This document shows positions 10,143-19,285 of a stretch of DNA of 64,000 nucleotides, piece after piece; position 1 is the stretch's first letter; every line of letters starts with the position of its first letter. Origin of the DNA: Longimicrobiales bacterium (GTDB taxonomy: Bacteria > Gemmatimonadota > Gemmatimonadetes > Longimicrobiales > Gaopeijiaceae). Both the position numbers and the translations under genes were made by a program. Where the stretch lies: contig CBDDCX010000006.1 of the NCBI GenBank assembly GCA_965226375.1, positions 544,001-608,000 on the forward strand, written 5' to 3'. The notes below the pieces were generated by a model. It was given only the letters and a program-made list of their open reading frames with translations. It ran no database searches and was not told the origin of the DNA.

Positions 10143-11045
10143 TTGACGACCCCTCTCACCTCCAAAACGAGGCGCCCGGAACGAATGTTTTCGACTTCCC
10201 GAGGCCTGGACTCCTTCGACCAGTATCTGCAAGACGTCGAGAAATACCCACTCATCCAGGACCCCGCGGAAGAACGGGCCTTGGCACGGCGTGCTCGCAC
10301 TGGTGACAAAGAGGCCGCTGAGCGCCTCGTCACCGCCAACCTGCGTTTTGTCATCTCCTACGTGAAGAAATACCAGGGCCGCGGCCTTGGTCTCGCCGAG
10401 CTCGTATGCATCGGTAACGAGGGGCTGCTCAAGGCGGTGAAGAAGTTCGATCCGGACAAGGGCGTGAAGTTCATCTCCTACGCCGTCTGGTGGATTCGTC
10501 AGACCGTTCTGCAGGCCCTGGCGGAGCAGACGCGCTCGGTGCGCATTCCACTCAACCAGAACTCCAACCTGGCCAAGCTGGCTCGGATCGACACGGCTCT
10601 GACGCAGCAGCTCGGCCGATCGCCGACGATCCAGGAGATCTCTCGCGAGATGGAGGAGCCCATCGAGACGATCCGCGCTCTGAGACGAGTGGCGGCGAGC
10701 GAGCTCAGCCTCGACGCCCCCATCGATCGGAGTGACGGAAACAGCGCCAGCTTCGGTGAGCGGTTCGCCGGAGCCGAGGCCACCGACATCGAGGAGGACG
10801 TCGAGACGATCGCCCGCCGTGACTTTCTCGAGACGATGTTCGACAGCTACCTCACCGAGCGCGAGCGGAAGATCCTCTATCTCTACTACGGGCTCGACGA
10901 TGGTGAGGAGCGTACTCTGGAAGAGATCGGATCGTTGCTGGGTGTGACGCGAGAGCGGATCCGACAGATCCGAAACCGCGCGTTCGAGAAGCTCCGTGAG
11001 AGCCCGCACGGTGATTCCCTTTCCGGATTCTGGAGCGCGAACTGA
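10143..11045 (+). CDS. RNA polymerase sigma-70 factor, RpoD/RpoS family lacking region 1.1
   Basis: ANLRFVIS, GNEGLLKAVKKFDPDKGVKFISYAVWWIRQ, and region 4 TLEEIG...VTRERIRQI. The start may be ATG 10185. Confidence 0.93.
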   Translation: MTTPLTSKTRRPERMFSTSRGLDSFDQYLQDVEKYPLIQDPAEERALARRARTGDKEAAERLVTANLRFVISYVKKYQGRGLGLAELVCIGNEGLLKAVKKFDPDKGVKFISYAVWWIRQTVLQALAEQTRSVRIPLNQNSNLAKLARIDTALTQQLGRSPTIQEISREMEEPIETIRALRRVAASELSLDAPIDRSDGNSASFGERFAGAEATDIEEDVETIARRDFLETMFDSYLTERERKILYLYYGLDDGEERTLEEIGSLLGVTRERIRQIRNRAFEKLRESPHGDSLSGFWSAN

Positions 11046-11069
11046 CGGGCAAACACACCGTTGTAGATC

Positions 11070-11104
11070 GGGCCCCGTCCATGAGTGGACGGGGCCCTTT
11101 TTTT
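11070..11104 (+). terminator. Rho-independent terminator after the sigma gene
   Basis: GGGCCCCGTCCA-TGAG-TGGACGGGGCCC followed by T7. Confidence 0.9.
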
Positions 11105-11188
11105 CGCCCCACCGTGACGAGTCTCTGGCCACGAACCGCTGGGGCAGGACACCAGGGAACCGAGATCGGAGGGGAGCGTACGATCCTC

Positions 11189-13261
11189 ATGACCGATAGG
11201 ACAGGCCGATCTCTCCAGACCCGGATGTGGGGGCTCACCGCCACCACATTACTGCTGTTGGCCTGCCTTGTGCCGGGTCTCGAGGCGCAATCCGACGACG
11301 GCTGGAACGGATCGAGGGCGTTGGAGCTGGTGGCCCAAGCCAGGGATCTGCGGCGGGCCACTGCCGTCGACTCGTCTTTCCAAGCCTACGAGGCAGATGC
11401 CCGAGGCTACGTGTACTTCTTCCTCGATCGTCCGGACAGCGACGAGCGCACTCTGGTAAAGACGGACCAGATCGCTCTCAAGATTTTCTGGCGTGCACCC
11501 GCGGAGACCAAACAGCGGGTAATCGGGCTCCGAGACGAGAAGCAGCTCCCCACGAGCATCAAGTACCACCTCGATCACCTCACGGTGGTTCAGGACGACT
11601 TCGGAGATCTGATCCGCATGGGGGATGGTGACGAGGTGGCGGCGGTCCCTCACCCCGTCGCCCCGGGGGCCGAACGAGTCTACGACTTCCGCCTCGGGGA
11701 CTCCCTAACCATCTCGCTGTCGGGTCCCACCCCGGACATCCGGGTGTACGAGCTCGAGGTAAGGCCCAAGGATCCCGAGGCACCCGGTGTGATCGGAAGC
11801 GTCTTCCTGCAGCGAGGGTCGGGGGCCATTGTGCGGATGACGTTCACGTTTACGCCGGCCTCATATGTCGACGGCAACCTGGACTACATCCGCATCTCGA
11901 TGGACAACTCCGTCTGGGACGGCAAGTACTGGCTTCCGTATCGCCAAGAGGTGGAGTTGAGGAGGGAGCTCCCCGTGATCGACTTCCTGGCCGGAAGCGT
12001 AATTCGGGGCCGTTTCGAGATACGGAACTATCAGTTCAACCCTCCCCTCGAGGACTTCATCTTCGTCGGCGGTCCCGTATCATCGGTCCCTCAATCGGTC
12101 CGGGAGAACTTCCCATTCGAAACCGGGCTGTACGATCAGCTGGAAGAAGAGGGCCGCGAGACGTCTCCCGAGATCGAGAACATCCGAAAGCAGGCCATGG
12201 CGGTGGTGGGCCGCCGGTACGTGAGCGGCCTCAGGCCTTCCCGCCTCTATGTACCGTTCGTCTCCTCGATCTACAGGTACAACCGGGCGGAGGGTTCCTT
12301 CACAGGAGGCGGGGCAGCCTTCCTGCTCGGTCCCACGTGGAGATTGCAGTCCAACGGCGGATACGCCTTCGGGCGTGACGACGGTCAGGTGTCGGTGACC
12401 CTTGCCCAGGTGCCCTCGAGCCGAGGGCTGGGCTTCCGCTTCGGATGGAACGAGTTGCACGACGTCAGCCCGACACTGCCCGGCGCAAGCACAGTGCTGA
12501 ATACGTTAGGGGGGCTGCTGGCCGACGAGGACTATACGGATCCCTATTTTTCGGCGAGTGCGGAGCTGCGATACGACTGGTCGGTTGGCGGCATCGGTAC
12601 GCTGCGACTGGCAGGTCTGTGGGAGCGCCACCACTCGGGAGACAACGTCGTGGCGGACGATGCCACCGGAACAGGAAAATATCGGCCTGTGCTTCCGGTG
12701 GACGATGGGGAGGGTTGGGCCCTCGAGGCTTCGTATACGAGACGCATCGACGCTCGCGGCATCAAGACCGCGGCCACGGTACGGGCCGGGGATTTCGACG
12801 GCCAGAAGTACGCATCGCTCTGGTGGGAGTCCAGCCTGCTACGCCGGTTGGGATCGTCGCGCACGACGGTGGAGGGCAGCGTACAGTTGGGACTTTCGTC
12901 CGAGGCGGCTCCCGCCCAGTCGCTCTATCTCCTGGGCGGGAGACACACCCTACCCGGTTATCCGTACAGATCCTTTGTCGGCGACCAGGTGCTGCTCATG
13001 AGAATCGAAGGCGCACAGCCCCTGTTCGCACCGTGGTTATCCGTGCGGGCATTCGGAGTCACGGGCAAGACAGGGTTCGGCAGCCGGGAGCTGCCGGACG
13101 GATGGCCCAGCCAGAGCACCCGCGGATTCAAGAGCTCCGCCGGGATGGGCCTCGGGCTCGGGTGGGACCTCATCCGCCTCGATGTGGGTCGCGGCCTGGA
13201 CGAAGGTGGCGACTGGGAGTTCGTCCTGTCGGTACAACGTCGCTTCTGGGAGTGGCTGTAG
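11189..13261 (+). CDS. Secreted/outer-membrane protein with C-terminal beta-barrel, function unknown
   Basis: Long ORF with GGAGGGGAG RBS and a signal peptide. C-terminal Omp85-like strands LLGG..TLPGY, GMGLGLG, IRLDVGRG. Confidence 0.65.
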   Translation: MTDRTGRSLQTRMWGLTATTLLLLACLVPGLEAQSDDGWNGSRALELVAQARDLRRATAVDSSFQAYEADARGYVYFFLDRPDSDERTLVKTDQIALKIFWRAPAETKQRVIGLRDEKQLPTSIKYHLDHLTVVQDDFGDLIRMGDGDEVAAVPHPVAPGAERVYDFRLGDSLTISLSGPTPDIRVYELEVRPKDPEAPGVIGSVFLQRGSGAIVRMTFTFTPASYVDGNLDYIRISMDNSVWDGKYWLPYRQEVELRRELPVIDFLAGSVIRGRFEIRNYQFNPPLEDFIFVGGPVSSVPQSVRENFPFETGLYDQLEEEGRETSPEIENIRKQAMAVVGRRYVSGLRPSRLYVPFVSSIYRYNRAEGSFTGGGAAFLLGPTWRLQSNGGYAFGRDDGQVSVTLAQVPSSRGLGFRFGWNELHDVSPTLPGASTVLNTLGGLLADEDYTDPYFSASAELRYDWSVGGIGTLRLAGLWERHHSGDNVVADDATGTGKYRPVLPVDDGEGWALEASYTRRIDARGIKTAATVRAGDFDGQKYASLWWESSLLRRLGSSRTTVEGSVQLGLSSEAAPAQSLYLLGGRHTLPGYPYRSFVGDQVLLMRIEGAQPLFAPWLSVRAFGVTGKTGFGSRELPDGWPSQSTRGFKSSAGMGLGLGWDLIRLDVGRGLDEGGDWEFVLSVQRRFWEWL

Positions 13262-13319
13262 GTCTGGGGCTCTGGGGCGAGGCCGTTCGGACCCACCCCA
13301 GACGCCCCGCGCCGACTCC

Positions 13320-13670
13320 CTAGGCTGCAGCCTCGACCGCGATGTCCTTCGACGACAGCAGTACCACCTCCCGAACGGTTACATCGGCCGTGGGGATGCT
13401 CACTCCGTCCCGCTCGTACGTGTCGTATTCCAGGCGACCCTCTACGTAGATCCGATCGCCCTTCCTTATGTGGTCCTCCGCGAATTGAGCGAGGCGAGCC
13501 CAGAAGGTGAGACGGTGCCAGTCCGTCCTTTCCTCGGTGTCGTCCCCGAACGGAGGTCGGTTGGTCGCCAGGGACAGGTTGACGACCTTGGTCCCTTTCT
13601 TGGTCTCACGGACGTCCGGGTCACGGCCCACGTTGCCCACGAGCGTGATCTTGTTGACGCTGCGGCTCAT
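13320..13670 (-). CDS. ssb: Single-stranded DNA-binding protein (short form, no acidic tail)
   Basis: VNKITLVGNVGRDP, TDWHR, KGDRIYVEGRL OB-fold motifs; GGAGGAG RBS. Confidence 0.92.
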   Translation of the reverse strand: MSRSVNKITLVGNVGRDPDVRETKKGTKVVNLSLATNRPPFGDDTEERTDWHRLTFWARLAQFAEDHIRKGDRIYVEGRLEYDTYERDGVSIPTADVTVREVVLLSSKDIAVEAAA

Positions 13671-13832
13671 TCTGCTCCTCCCGCGTGTGGTTTTCCGGCC
13701 ACAGACGAAGGGACAGTGAGATTCCGCCCCCTTCGGTCGGCCTGGAGTGGAAGAGAAAAATGACCCGGCCGGCCGGGCCTTGGGATGGCTCGACGGGACG
13801 TAGTGATCCGAAGTGAGGTGACCGCCGGCGGC

Positions 13833-16709
13833 CTACCCCTTTGTGTCGTACCAGGACGTGCCCGTGCCCCCCTCGGCGACCAACGGGACACTCAGCTCCA
13901 TGGCCCCTTCCATCCTGGAGACCACGAGCTCGGCCAGGGCATCCTCCTCGCCCACAGGCACCTCGAGCAACAGCTCGTCATGTACCTGGAGTAACATGCG
14001 GGCGCCCGTGTCCGCCTCGGCCAACGCCTGGGCCACATCGATCATCGCCTTCTTGATCATGTCCGCCGCCGTGCCCTGGATGGGGGTATTCTGCGCGACC
14101 CGCTCGCCGAATTGTCGCACGTTCCAGTTCTTGGCTCTCAGCTCGGGGACGTAGCGGCGGCGTCCCATGAGGGTCTCCACGAAGCCCTTCTCGTGAGCGG
14201 AAGCGACCTGTTCGTCCAGATAGGCCCGCACACCACTGAATCGCTCGAAGTACTGCTCGATGAACGCCTTTGCCTCATCGCGGCCGATACCGAGCTGTCG
14301 GGCGAGCGAGAAGGCGCCCTGCCCATACAACGTGGCAAAGTTGATCGTCTTCGCCTGGCCCCGTTGATCCGATGTCACGTCATCCAGGGGTACCTCGAAG
14401 ATGACCGACGCGGTCTGCTTGTGGACGTCGATTCCGTCTCGGAAAGCCTGGACCAACGGCTCGTCCCCGGAAAAGTGGGCGAGGATCCTGAGCTCCACCT
14501 GGGAGTAGTCGGCCCCGTAGAACAGATAGCCCTCAGCCGGAATGAAGCCCTTCCTGATCTCTCGCCCCAACTCGGTGCGGATCGGAATATTCTGCAGGTT
14601 CGGATCGCTCGAAGAGAGTCGCCCGGTCGCGGCCACAGTTTGATTGAAGCGGGTGTGGATCCGTCCCGTCCGCGGAATCACCAGTTGGGGCAGGGCGTCC
14701 ACGTAGGTCGAGCGGAGCTTCTCCAGCTCACGATACTCCATCATCAAACGGGGGATCTCGTGACCCTGCGTCGCGAGCTCTTCGAGGACCGACGAATCGG
14801 TAGAAGGTCCCGTCTTGGTCCGCTTGATGACCGGGAGACCCTGCTTCTCGAAGAGGATCTCGCGTAGCTGGGGCGTCGAGTTCAGGTTGAACTCTTCTCC
14901 CGCCACCTTGTGGATCTCCTCCCGGATGAGCGTCAGGTCTCGGTCGAGCCGTTCGCTCATGTCCTGGAAGAATTCGGCATCGATGCGGATGCCCTCGCGC
15001 TCCATGCGGGTCAGCACTGGAATGAGCGGCATCTCCAGGTCATGGAAGAGCCCGGCCAGGCCCTGATCCTCCAGATCGCCCGCGAGCCGCTCGGCCAAGC
15101 GTAGCGCGACGTCGATCTGGCGACCGGCATAGTCGCGGGCGACCTCCTGATCGATCTCAGCGAAGCTGACCCGCTTCTTGCCGGTCCCCACTATGTCGTT
15201 GTAGGGCGTCAGAGAAAAGCCCAAGAAATCTTGGCAGAGGGCCCCCAGGTCATGAGCCCGGCGGCCCGGATCGAGCACGTAGGACGCACAAGTCACATCG
15301 AAGCCGATCCCCGACAACGCCACACCAAACCGATCGAGGGCCACTGCCGACAACTTCAGGTCGGCGCCCACTTTCGCGATTTCAGGATTCTCGAGAAGCT
15401 CGACCAGCGGGCGGAACTCGGGGGTGTCGATGCCGGGGAGATTGGTGATACCCACGGACTCGAAAGCCAGTGTCGGTTCACCCTGGGGAACGTGATCGAA
15501 TGAAAGGTAGAAGGCCTCCCCAGGCTCGAGGGCCAGCGCGACACCGACCAGACCGGCACGGTGCGGATCGGGAAACGCGGTGTGGACCGCCAGACCCACA
15601 CGGCCCGCCTCCCGGACTCGATCCATCAGAGCGACGACCTCATCCGGCTCGGTGACCAGAGTGTAGCTCACCGACTCGGGCCCGGCCGGAGATCCGGGAG
15701 CGACGCCGGTCTCCCCGGCCTGAGCAGGCCCGTCAGCGCCCGGGACCGACACGACCTCGGTAGCGTGGCCTTGCGGGGGGGCCGGCACGGGACTGAGCGT
15801 CTCGGCCGACGCACCGCGTGGCGCAAATCGCTCCATGAGACGGCGGAACTCCATCTCCACGAAGAATCGGTGCAGCCTCTCCTTGTCCGGATCGCGAACC
15901 TTCAGCGCCGAGAGGTCCAGGTCTACATCCAGGTCCGTCATGATCGTCACGAGCTCTTTGGAGAGGCGCACCTCATCCGCGTTCTCCGTGAGCGACTCCC
16001 GGGCTCGTTTCCCGGAGATTTCCCCGGCACGCTCCAAGATCGCGTCGACACTACCGAACTCCTCGAGGAGCTTGAGCGCTGTCTTGGGCCCCACCCCCTT
16101 CGCACCGGGAATGTTGTCCGAGGAATCCCCGATCAACGCCAGATAGTCGATGACCTTCGAGGCCGGGATGCCGAACTTCTCGTGAGCGTTGGTCTCATCC
16201 ACCCACTCGGCCGCCACACCATGGGGGCCTCCCCTTCCGGGGTTCAACAGATGGATGCCGGGCCCGACGAGTTGATACAGATCCTTGTCTCCGGACACGA
16301 TCACCGCCTCTAGGCCGGCCGCACGCGCCTTCACGGCCAACGTGCCGATCACGTCGTCTGCCTCGTATCCATCGAGCTCCACCAAAGCATCGTTGAAGCC
16401 CGCCACGAGCTCACGGACCCTCGGGAGGCTCGCCCTGAGTTCGTCAGGCATCTTCTCCCGGGTGGCCTTGTATTCTGGGTAGACCTTCTCCCGGTGGCTG
16501 TTACCGGCATCGAAGACAACCGCGAGGTAGTCCGGCTGGTACTTGTCACGAATCTCGATGAGGAAATTCGCGAACCCGAAGGGAGCCGACGTGTTCTCCC
16601 CCTTCGAATTGGTCAGCGGCCGGTTGATGAAGGCGAAGAAGGCCCTGTAGATCAGCGCGTAGGCATCGATCAGGAAGAGGCGCGGAGCCTCTTTCGGAGG
16701 AACATCCAC
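13833..16709 (-). CDS. polA: DNA polymerase I
   Basis: 5'-3' exonuclease motifs (LIDA.ALIYRAFFA, EADD, GDSSDNIPG) and polymerase motifs TGRLSS, DYSQVELR, AKTINF, QVHDEL. Start placed at GTG 16709, just after the upstream stop. Confidence 0.97.
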   Translation of the reverse strand: MDVPPKEAPRLFLIDAYALIYRAFFAFINRPLTNSKGENTSAPFGFANFLIEIRDKYQPDYLAVVFDAGNSHREKVYPEYKATREKMPDELRASLPRVRELVAGFNDALVELDGYEADDVIGTLAVKARAAGLEAVIVSGDKDLYQLVGPGIHLLNPGRGGPHGVAAEWVDETNAHEKFGIPASKVIDYLALIGDSSDNIPGAKGVGPKTALKLLEEFGSVDAILERAGEISGKRARESLTENADEVRLSKELVTIMTDLDVDLDLSALKVRDPDKERLHRFFVEMEFRRLMERFAPRGASAETLSPVPAPPQGHATEVVSVPGADGPAQAGETGVAPGSPAGPESVSYTLVTEPDEVVALMDRVREAGRVGLAVHTAFPDPHRAGLVGVALALEPGEAFYLSFDHVPQGEPTLAFESVGITNLPGIDTPEFRPLVELLENPEIAKVGADLKLSAVALDRFGVALSGIGFDVTCASYVLDPGRRAHDLGALCQDFLGFSLTPYNDIVGTGKKRVSFAEIDQEVARDYAGRQIDVALRLAERLAGDLEDQGLAGLFHDLEMPLIPVLTRMEREGIRIDAEFFQDMSERLDRDLTLIREEIHKVAGEEFNLNSTPQLREILFEKQGLPVIKRTKTGPSTDSSVLEELATQGHEIPRLMMEYRELEKLRSTYVDALPQLVIPRTGRIHTRFNQTVAATGRLSSSDPNLQNIPIRTELGREIRKGFIPAEGYLFYGADYSQVELRILAHFSGDEPLVQAFRDGIDVHKQTASVIFEVPLDDVTSDQRGQAKTINFATLYGQGAFSLARQLGIGRDEAKAFIEQYFERFSGVRAYLDEQVASAHEKGFVETLMGRRRYVPELRAKNWNVRQFGERVAQNTPIQGTAADMIKKAMIDVAQALAEADTGARMLLQVHDELLLEVPVGEEDALAELVVSRMEGAMELSVPLVAEGGTGTSWYDTKG

Positions 16710-16711
16710 GG

Positions 16712-17707
16712 CTAGTTCGGCTCGGCGGTGATGTACGTCCAACTGGCCCCGAACTCGTCCCGACCTTGAAACATTCGATCCAGGGCCTTCGACATGAGGC
16801 TCAACCTGGCTCGGACCGTGGCCTCACTCGGTGCCGATCCCGTCACCTTCTCCGCTCCGCCGACCCAACCCAGAACACCTTCATGGTAGACACTCAGGAA
16901 CTCGTACCACTCGTCCACCCGGGCAGGAATGCGTCGGCGACGTACCGACGTCACATCGAAGCTCTCGTCCCGGAGGATAGCCAGGTAGTGCTCCAGCGGC
17001 CGCACCGGTAGAAAGTACCTGCGCCGGAGCTCATCATGGGCGGACATGTGGCTTTCGTCGCTCAGGACATCCCGGTACTCCTCGAAGGTGTCGTCCTCCT
17101 TGACGATTGCCATGGATTCGCGATGGATCACATCGACCGTTTCGTCGATGATCCACTCGTCGTCAGGCATCTCCGGATTACGAATGTTGCCGGACTGGAT
17201 GAACAGTCTCCCCGAGTGACGCAGCACCCTTCGCCAGGACCGCACGGTCTCGGGAAGATCGAAGTAGAGATGGATGGCGTTCGTGGTGACCAGACCATCG
17301 ATCCCCCGCACGAGAAGCGCCTCCCCCAAGACCTCGTCCACGTGCTCGAGGCGTCGCTCATCCTTCACGAAGCGAATACAGCGGAAGGCAAGCCGAGAAT
17401 CGTCTCGGAATTTCTCGAGAGACAGGCGGAGGAACTTGGGGGATGAATCCACAATGACGATGCCCACCGACTTCGGTCCGAGCCGGTCCACAAGGCGCTT
17501 CGCGAAGATGCCCGTTCCGCCGGAGTAGTCGACCAGAACGTCACCCCGGCGAGCATATTCCCCCACCTGTTCCACCGTGTGATCGAGGTTGCCGTACCAA
17601 CCGTGGTTCTCCACGGTGTCGTAGTTGAGTGCCAACGCCTCCAACGGCTGGTCAACCCACGGGGCCGTCGGAATTCGGTCGAAGGAAGGGGGCCACTGAA
17701 ACGCCAT
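16712..17707 (-). CDS. Class I SAM-dependent methyltransferase
   Basis: Motif I-like VLVDYSGGTG, VDSS acidic motif, NAIHLY and RRVLR.SG. Confidence 0.75.
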   Translation of the reverse strand: MAFQWPPSFDRIPTAPWVDQPLEALALNYDTVENHGWYGNLDHTVEQVGEYARRGDVLVDYSGGTGIFAKRLVDRLGPKSVGIVIVDSSPKFLRLSLEKFRDDSRLAFRCIRFVKDERRLEHVDEVLGEALLVRGIDGLVTTNAIHLYFDLPETVRSWRRVLRHSGRLFIQSGNIRNPEMPDDEWIIDETVDVIHRESMAIVKEDDTFEEYRDVLSDESHMSAHDELRRRYFLPVRPLEHYLAILRDESFDVTSVRRRRIPARVDEWYEFLSVYHEGVLGWVGGAEKVTGSAPSEATVRARLSLMSKALDRMFQGRDEFGASWTYITAEPN

Positions 17708-17807
17708 AGGGGGTGCAATCTAGACAGGCGGACGACGCCTTGCCAGCGGCCTGGAAGGCTATGCGTGATTCCAACCCTCGCGCGCCCGGCCCCGTCCAAC
17801 ACGGAGC

Positions 17808-18806
17808 ATGAGGAAGCTCCATCTCGACGCGGGGAAGACGATGAACACACGACCGAAACTCCTGATCGCAGGCATCACCAGCCTGGCTCTCCTGGGCATT
17901 GCGGGTGCAAGGATCCAGGCTCGCCTATCGGCGCACGCGAGCCCGGACGGGACGCAAGTAGCAGAAGAGGCCGAGCAGCTGCGCACGCATTACGCCTCTC
18001 TCGGTGAGGAGGTATTCGCCCGTCGATTCGACGTCCGAGACGGTCGGCTCGAAGTGGATCTCGCCGATGCGGATGTAGTGCTGGAGACCACCTCCGGGTC
18101 CACGGTGGACGTTCGCGCATACGTGGATGCCGCGGACGGCGACATGGAATGGGCCTCAGCAGTCTTCGCGGACATGGACTTCAGTGCAACCGAGCGAGGC
18201 GGCACGGTCTACGGCGAAGCCGATGACCATAACATCAGCAACAACGAGTGGCGCGACCACCGACACTTCTCGGTGACCGTCGTCGTGGCCATTCCCGAGG
18301 GCATGGACGTCAGAGTCCAGACCGATGACGGTGACATCGAGGCCAACGGCCTCTCCGGCAACACCGTCCTGAAAAGCTCGGATGGAGACATAGTCGTAGA
18401 CGCCGCCGAGGGCGGTGATCTCGACATCCATACCTCTGACGGAGACATCGTGGTCGACCGTCTCGAGAGCCGGCACGCCGAGATTCGGACCTCCGACGGT
18501 GACGTGATCCTCCGCTCCGTACGAGCTCCCTTGGACGTGGCCTCCGGAGACGGGGACATTCGTATCAACCTGTTAGAGGCGTATGAGACGTCCGTCTCGA
18601 CGGGCGATGGAGACATCGTGCTCACGGCTCCGGCCAACATCGCCGCGGACGTGCGGATGGATGGTGAGGATCTCAGTGTCCAGCAGGGTCTTCAGCTTCT
18701 GGGCCACATCCGGGAGCACTCGGTGCAGGGCACACTGAACGGTGGAGGCCCGACCATCGACCTACGAACCGGAGACGGATCGATCTCGCTTCGCGAGGGG
18801 AACTGA
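17808..18806 (+). CDS. DUF4097 family beta-strand repeat protein
   Basis: N-terminal hydrophobic segment, repeated (T/S)xDGD(I/V) units, and C-terminal GTLNGGGPTIDLRTGDGSI. Confidence 0.85.
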   Translation: MRKLHLDAGKTMNTRPKLLIAGITSLALLGIAGARIQARLSAHASPDGTQVAEEAEQLRTHYASLGEEVFARRFDVRDGRLEVDLADADVVLETTSGSTVDVRAYVDAADGDMEWASAVFADMDFSATERGGTVYGEADDHNISNNEWRDHRHFSVTVVVAIPEGMDVRVQTDDGDIEANGLSGNTVLKSSDGDIVVDAAEGGDLDIHTSDGDIVVDRLESRHAEIRTSDGDVILRSVRAPLDVASGDGDIRINLLEAYETSVSTGDGDIVLTAPANIAADVRMDGEDLSVQQGLQLLGHIREHSVQGTLNGGGPTIDLRTGDGSISLREGN

Positions 18807-18822
18807 TACTTTCAGCGGTCGT

Positions 18823-18862
18823 AAAAAAAACGCCCCGCGGGCCGTTGAGTCCGCGGGGCGTT
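18823..18862 (-). terminator. Intrinsic terminator between the convergent DUF4097 and csp genes
   Basis: A8-CGCCCCGCGG...CCGCGGGGCG-TT, giving a U8 tail on the minus strand. Confidence 0.85.
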
Positions 18863-18884
18863 CATACTTGGGATCGGAGCGCGG

Positions 18885-19085
18885 CTAAGCCCTGACAACG
18901 TTCGCGGCTTGGCACCCCTTCTCAGTCGTGCTCAGATCGAATTCCACTTCTTCGCCCTCCGCAAGCGTGCGAAAGCCGTCCCCCACGATAGAGGAGAAAT
19001 GGACGAAAACGTCCTCACCCTCCTGTTGAGAGATGAAGCCATACCCCTTCGAATCGTTGAACCACTTGACCGTCCCTTTGGACAT
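18885..19085 (-). CDS. csp: Cold-shock protein
   Basis: [25 protein letters not shown] (RNP1/RNP2); AAGGAG RBS before ATG 19085. Confidence 0.96.
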   Translation of the reverse strand: MSKGTVKWFNDSKGYGFISQQEGEDVFVHFSSIVGDGFRTLAEGEEVEFDLSTTEKGCQAANVVRA

Positions 19086-19285
19086 TCGGACTACTCCTTG
19101 TGCAGCATGAAACACTAGCTCCTCGGCGCCTTGGGCTCGCGGTCAAGCCGACGGCGCAATCGGGTCTGCCGACCCACGCTCTAGGTTAGGGGAATGGCAG
19201 GCCCACCGTCAAGCCGACCTTCCAGGAGGTAGCCCGTAGCTGATGTTGGGTAGACACCGAGCGGGGTAAGGCGCCGGACACTGCC

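Noticed and set aside
19142..19218. GTCAAGCCGAC direct repeat upstream of csp
   Set aside because: Two copies of an 11-mer are too weak to call an operator without comparative data.
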